From NCBI GenBank assembly GCA_050293845.1, contig JBNKNM010000191.1:1-11060 (forward strand): a stretch of DNA of 11,060 nt, in the 5' to 3' direction. Source of the DNA: Pseudobacteriovorax sp. GTDB taxonomy: Bacteria > Bdellovibrionota_B > Oligoflexia > Oligoflexales > Oligoflexaceae. A model generated the notes under the pieces. The model saw only the letters and a program-made list of their open reading frames with translations, had not been told where the DNA came from and did no database searches. The position numbers were made by a program, and so were the translations under genes. Positions 8,458 to 11,060 of the stretch are shown here, in pieces (the stretch's first letter is position 1; every line of letters starts with the position of its first letter).

Positions 8458-8501
8458 TTAGTATTTTAGCTAACTTACCGAAAAAATCCTATGGGTATAA
8501 T
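8458..8501 (+). promoter_or_regulatory. Candidate promoter elements for the DUF2225-like gene
   Basis: Perfect TATAAT at 8496-8501 with a weak -35; overlapping sigma28/FliA-like TTAG(8458-8461)-N15-ACCGAAAA(8477-8484). Confidence 0.3.
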
Positions 8502-8530
8502 CATCACAAATCATTTTTGAGGAATCTCGT

Positions 8531-9622
8531 TTGGGCACAAAAGTCATCGTTAATTCCTTTCAGCAATTAACAATATCTTGTCCCTTATGTGAGATTGAGG
8601 ATACTCATCATAGGATCAAACCTACTTTATATCGAGAAACCAGTCGCGATATCGATCTGCGCCCAAAGTCTGTAGACTGGAACCCCAAAGCCTCTCCCAA
8701 AGTAGATCCCAAAGTATATTTTTTTTGGAAGTGTAATCATTGTCATTTTTGCTCCGACCAAAAGAGCTATATTACTCCCTTTGCAGAAGGTATTATGAGC
8801 GCCGTTCGCTTTAGAAAGCTCTTAAAACCAGCTTTGGAGCAAGATGCGGCCTATATGGAACTGAAAGAACTACTCGCTCCCCAGGACGAAGACAAAACCC
8901 CGCAATTCGTTAAAGCGATGCGCCGCTGTTTTTTGGCCATCTATCAGCATGAGGCTGTTGAGGAAATTGCCATTAAGGAGAGCCTAAAAATTGGCTCTTA
9001 TTACCTCCGGCTCGCATGGATGATACGCGATATCAAAACCTCAAAAACAAAGGCTAATTTATACAAATTGCCCACCCGGGAGTTACTACGTCAAACTAAA
9101 AGGATATGGCCTTCCCTCCCCATAACAGAACTTTCTATTGTCCAACGCGCCATAGAATATTATACCCGTTCGCTCAAACAATCCCATGCCATAAAAACTA
9201 CACTCTCGGAAATCCAAATCAACTTGGTGATTGCTCGTATGTACTTACAAATAGGTGAACTGAAGTCGGCTCACCATCTGTTGCTAGAAAATCGAACCCG
9301 TGCAAAAAATTATGAACTAATCGTAAAACAAAAAGAAAAGTCAGCTAAACAAGGTGATAGTGAGATAGATCAGATGTCAATGGATGCAAGCAAAGCGGTA
9401 AATTCAGTAAGAAACGTGTACCTTATCTACGAACATCTCGATCAAATAAGGTTTAAAAAGGAAGTGGACCAAGCTTTGAAGTTTTTTATACAAGAGGAAC
9501 TTGGCAAAAAGGAAATCACTGAACAGCGGGACTCCCTTAAGAAAAAAGGTTATGAAGAAGAGATCATCGATAAGATTGCCCCTATTCAGAAGAAAAAAGG
9601 GATCTTTGAGTTTTTAAAATAA
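8531..9622 (+). CDS. DUF2225-like protein (N-terminal Zn ribbon plus TPR-like helical domain)
   Basis: CPLC ... RDIDLRP ... VDPKVYFFWKCNHCHF zinc-ribbon pair and YYLRLAWMIR motif typical of DUF2225; TTG start with GAGGA RBS at 8519-8523 (7-nt spacing). Confidence 0.8.
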   Translation: MGTKVIVNSFQQLTISCPLCEIEDTHHRIKPTLYRETSRDIDLRPKSVDWNPKASPKVDPKVYFFWKCNHCHFCSDQKSYITPFAEGIMSAVRFRKLLKPALEQDAAYMELKELLAPQDEDKTPQFVKAMRRCFLAIYQHEAVEEIAIKESLKIGSYYLRLAWMIRDIKTSKTKANLYKLPTRELLRQTKRIWPSLPITELSIVQRAIEYYTRSLKQSHAIKTTLSEIQINLVIARMYLQIGELKSAHHLLLENRTRAKNYELIVKQKEKSAKQGDSEIDQMSMDASKAVNSVRNVYLIYEHLDQIRFKKEVDQALKFFIQEELGKKEITEQRDSLKKKGYEEEIIDKIAPIQKKKGIFEFLK

Positions 9623-9672
9623 AGTTGACCTCCTTCAGTATTTACTTAGTACTGTGCAGCCTTAAGCAAAGG

Positions 9673-9681
9673 TTATCCACA
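9673..9681 (+). promoter_or_regulatory. Perfect DnaA box
   Basis: TTATCCACA, exact consensus; single copy, 4 bp upstream of a TTGACA hexamer. Confidence 0.5.
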
Positions 9682-9685
9682 CATC

Positions 9686-9714
9686 TTGACACACCACTTA
9701 ATTCAGCGCATACT
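9686..9714 (+). promoter_or_regulatory. Candidate sigma70 promoter
   Basis: TTGACA(9686-9691)-N17-CATACT(9709-9714): perfect -35, optimal spacer, 4/6 -10. Confidence 0.5.
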
Positions 9715-9902
9715 AGGCTAAGTACTCATTTATTTTTAGTGGCTTATAGAAAAAAATGACCTACACAACTCTGTCGAACATACTATCACTCCCTCCACAG
9801 TTACAATATCCTTTAATAACAGATAGTTAAGACCTACTATGCGCTAGATTATTCTGTTACTGTCCATATTTTAGTACTCTCTTAGCCTATTGACCCATGA
9901 AA

Positions 9903-9915
9903 TATCAATAACTTA
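9903..9915 (+). promoter_or_regulatory. IHF binding site
   Basis: TATCAATAACTTA matches WATCAANNNNTTR exactly and lies at about -53 to -41 relative to the predicted sigma54 start, the usual position between enhancer and promoter. Confidence 0.75.
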
Positions 9916-9929
9916 ACAAAGGCAGTTTT

Positions 9930-9945
9930 TGGCAAGACCTTTGCT
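9930..9945 (+). promoter_or_regulatory. sigma54 (RpoN) -24/-12 promoter
   Basis: TGGCAAG-ACCT-TTGCT versus consensus TGGCACG-N4-TTGCW; GG at 9931-9932 and GC at 9943-9944 have exact spacing; predicted +1 about 9956. Confidence 0.85.
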
Positions 9946-9955
9946 TTAACATAAG

Positions 9956-10155
9956 CACAGGCAAAATATAATCTTCAAAGTTACAAGGCTGGATGCCAAG
10001 ATCTAACATGATGTTGATCTTTGAAGGTTATTTGCTAAATAGCATAATACTAGTGGGATTTATTCCACTGATCTCATAGGTAAACCCCTGTGATGTTTCG
10101 CTCCTCACTCTTGCGGGACCACCTTTTTTCGGAAAAGGTGGCCTTGTTTTTTTTT
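9956..10155 (+). ncRNA. Putative sigma54-dependent small RNA (~200 nt), family not recognised
   Basis: Bounded by the sigma54 promoter and a strong terminator, with no credible ORF. Helices: GCAAA(9961-9965)/TTTGC(10031-10035) plus TAATCTTCAAAG(9969-9980)/CTTTGAAGGTTA(10019-10030); TAGTGGGA(10051-10058)/TTCCACTG(10063-10070); TCATAGG(10074-10080)/CCTGTGA(10087-10093); unpaired CU-rich 10096-10112; terminator. G-U pairs in all stems favour the + strand. Confidence 0.7.
10115..10155 (+). terminator. Intrinsic terminator of the putative sRNA
   Basis: CCACCTTTT(10119-10127)/AAAAGGTGG(10133-10141) stem, extendable by GG/CC, followed by a 9-T run at 10147-10155. Confidence 0.9.
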
Positions 10156-10244
10156 GGGGAGAAAATTATTTCCTTGTACCAGAAGCTGCTAACAACTTTC
10201 TGGATCATAACATGTGACATGCTCTCGCGACTGAAGGTGAAACT

Positions 10245-10284
10245 AAAAAAACAACCCGGCTATAAAAAATAGCTGGGTTGTTTT
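10245..10284 (-). terminator. Intrinsic terminator for the minus-strand lipoprotein operon (possibly bidirectional)
   Basis: AAAACAACCCGGCTAT(10248-10263)/ATAGCTGGGTTGTTTT(10269-10284), one imperfect pair; A7 at 10245-10251 gives a U-tract on the minus strand, 42 nt after the stop at 10327. Confidence 0.85.
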
Positions 10285-10326
10285 CAGCATGTATAGAAAA
10301 CCTCTAGACTTAGAAATTCTTTTCTT

Positions 10327-10809
10327 TCAAAAGGTAAAAGAAAAGAAACTAATATGAAGATTAAAAAATTCTTCTGACATTAAATCGCCCATATTCTCCA
10401 TAAAAAACACCTGGCAATCCTCAGACCGCAAGTCTGCAGATTCAGAATATACAACACGGCTTTTAGGGCTCAAAGTTAACTCGCTTGATATGTTTGCTGA
10501 AGAAAAATCTCCTCCCGGCCATACCATCAGACAGCGCCCTTTTTCAGTCTCTCCTAATGCGCTGTCGCCTCCATTTATCTGTAACAAATCGATCTGCGAA
10601 CGTAGCATGATAGCAGCCAATGCATCCCCACCGTCTCCTTCTTTCAAATCATCCACTTGTGCCACAACTGATGAAAAGGCTAACTGAGTCCCTGCAGACC
10701 CCGCAGCTACTTCTTTCTTTTGAATCTGGGGAGCGCTTTCAAAAATATTGCTTCCACAACTTAGAATCAAGCTAGATAGTACTGCTATGCAAATATATAA
10801 ATGCTTCAT
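10327..10809 (-). CDS. Hypothetical lipoprotein (160 aa)
   Basis: Signal peptide MKHLYICIAVLSSLILS-C18 with lipobox-like ILSC followed by GS; GAGGA RBS upstream (10818-10822, minus strand); two further Cys in the mature part; no family recognised. Confidence 0.8.
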   Translation of the reverse strand: MKHLYICIAVLSSLILSCGSNIFESAPQIQKKEVAAGSAGTQLAFSSVVAQVDDLKEGDGGDALAAIMLRSQIDLLQINGGDSALGETEKGRCLMVWPGGDFSSANISSELTLSPKSRVVYSESADLRSEDCQVFFMENMGDLMSEEFFNLHISFFSFTF

Positions 10810-10826
10810 CTTTTTCTTCCTCTAGC

Positions 10827-11060
10827 TTAGTTAGTGACTCGTTTTTGATAGATAATTGTCTCATTCTGAGAGCAGGTGATCTCACCCTGGGAAGAAAACA
10901 CCATGGGACCTATGATATCGCAGAATTTTTGACATTCTCTTTGACTGGAAACGCTTGCATTATAGAATACTTGAGAACCTGTCGCGGTCTGCCTCCCCAA
11001 AGAGCAGGACGTTGTCCCACTAAGATTCATATCATCAACTTTATCAAATGCAATGAGCTT
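10827..11060 (-). CDS. 3' end of a hypothetical protein with a 4-Cys C-terminal segment (partial; starts outside the window)
   Basis: Frame stays open from 11030 to the window edge (...KLIAFDKVDD-MNLSGTTSC...); ends 17 nt before the lipoprotein start, consistent with an operon. Confidence 0.7.
   Translation of the reverse strand, partial: KLIAFDKVDDMNLSGTTSCSLGRQTATGSQVFYNASVSSQRECQKFCDIIGPMVFSSQGEITCSQNETIIYQKRVTN

Noticed and set aside
9756..9830. 24-aa ORF MTYTTLSNILSLPPQLQYPLITDS
   Set aside because: No RBS and no recognisable features; expected by chance.
9623..9950. Possible replication origin (DnaA box + IHF site, AT-rich)
   Set aside because: Only one good DnaA box, no cluster, no dnaA/dnaN/gidA context; the IHF site is better explained by the sigma54 promoter.
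9956..10155. c-di-GMP-I or other cis riboswitch (GGCAAA near the 5' end)
   Set aside because: Lacks the GNRA/receptor and downstream GCAAA-type P2 elements as far as I can see, and no same-strand gene follows the terminator.
10090..10272. 60-aa + strand ORF (MMFRSSLL...)
   Set aside because: GTG start without a clear RBS; runs through the strong terminator and T9 run and ends within the next terminator.
10490..10687. 65-aa + strand ORF
   Set aside because: Antisense to the lipoprotein gene, which has an RBS, signal peptide and terminator.
1..11060. CRISPR array, IS element or tandem repeat array
   Set aside because: No regularly spaced direct repeats, transposase or cas-like ORFs seen.

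Overview
Bacterial chromosomal window, moderately AT-rich; gene style suggests an Oligoflexia/Bdellovibrionota- or deltaproteobacterium-like genome (inference only). Left to right: tRNA-Gly(GCC); a membrane sensor histidine kinase with no response regulator in the window; a small class I SAM methyltransferase; a full-length, 1065-aa plant-type methionine S-methyltransferase (MMT); a convergent htpG (Hsp90); a small hypothetical ORF; a DUF2225-like zinc-ribbon/helical protein; a ~700-bp intergenic region; and a minus-strand lipoprotein plus the C-terminal part of a Cys-containing ORF. Two things stand out. (1) The intergenic region holds what looks like a complete stand-alone non-coding transcription unit: exact IHF consensus, correctly spaced sigma54 -24/-12 promoter, ~200 nt of multi-hairpin RNA with an exposed anti-Shine-Dalgarno stretch, and a strong intrinsic terminator. 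This is a candidate undescribed sigma54-dependent sRNA. (2) The plant-like MMT keeps the PLP-binding Lys/Arg motif in its C-terminal aminotransferase domain, so it may be a bifunctional enzyme of S-methylmethionine/DMSP metabolism. Protein family calls rest on motif recognition by eye; no searches were run.
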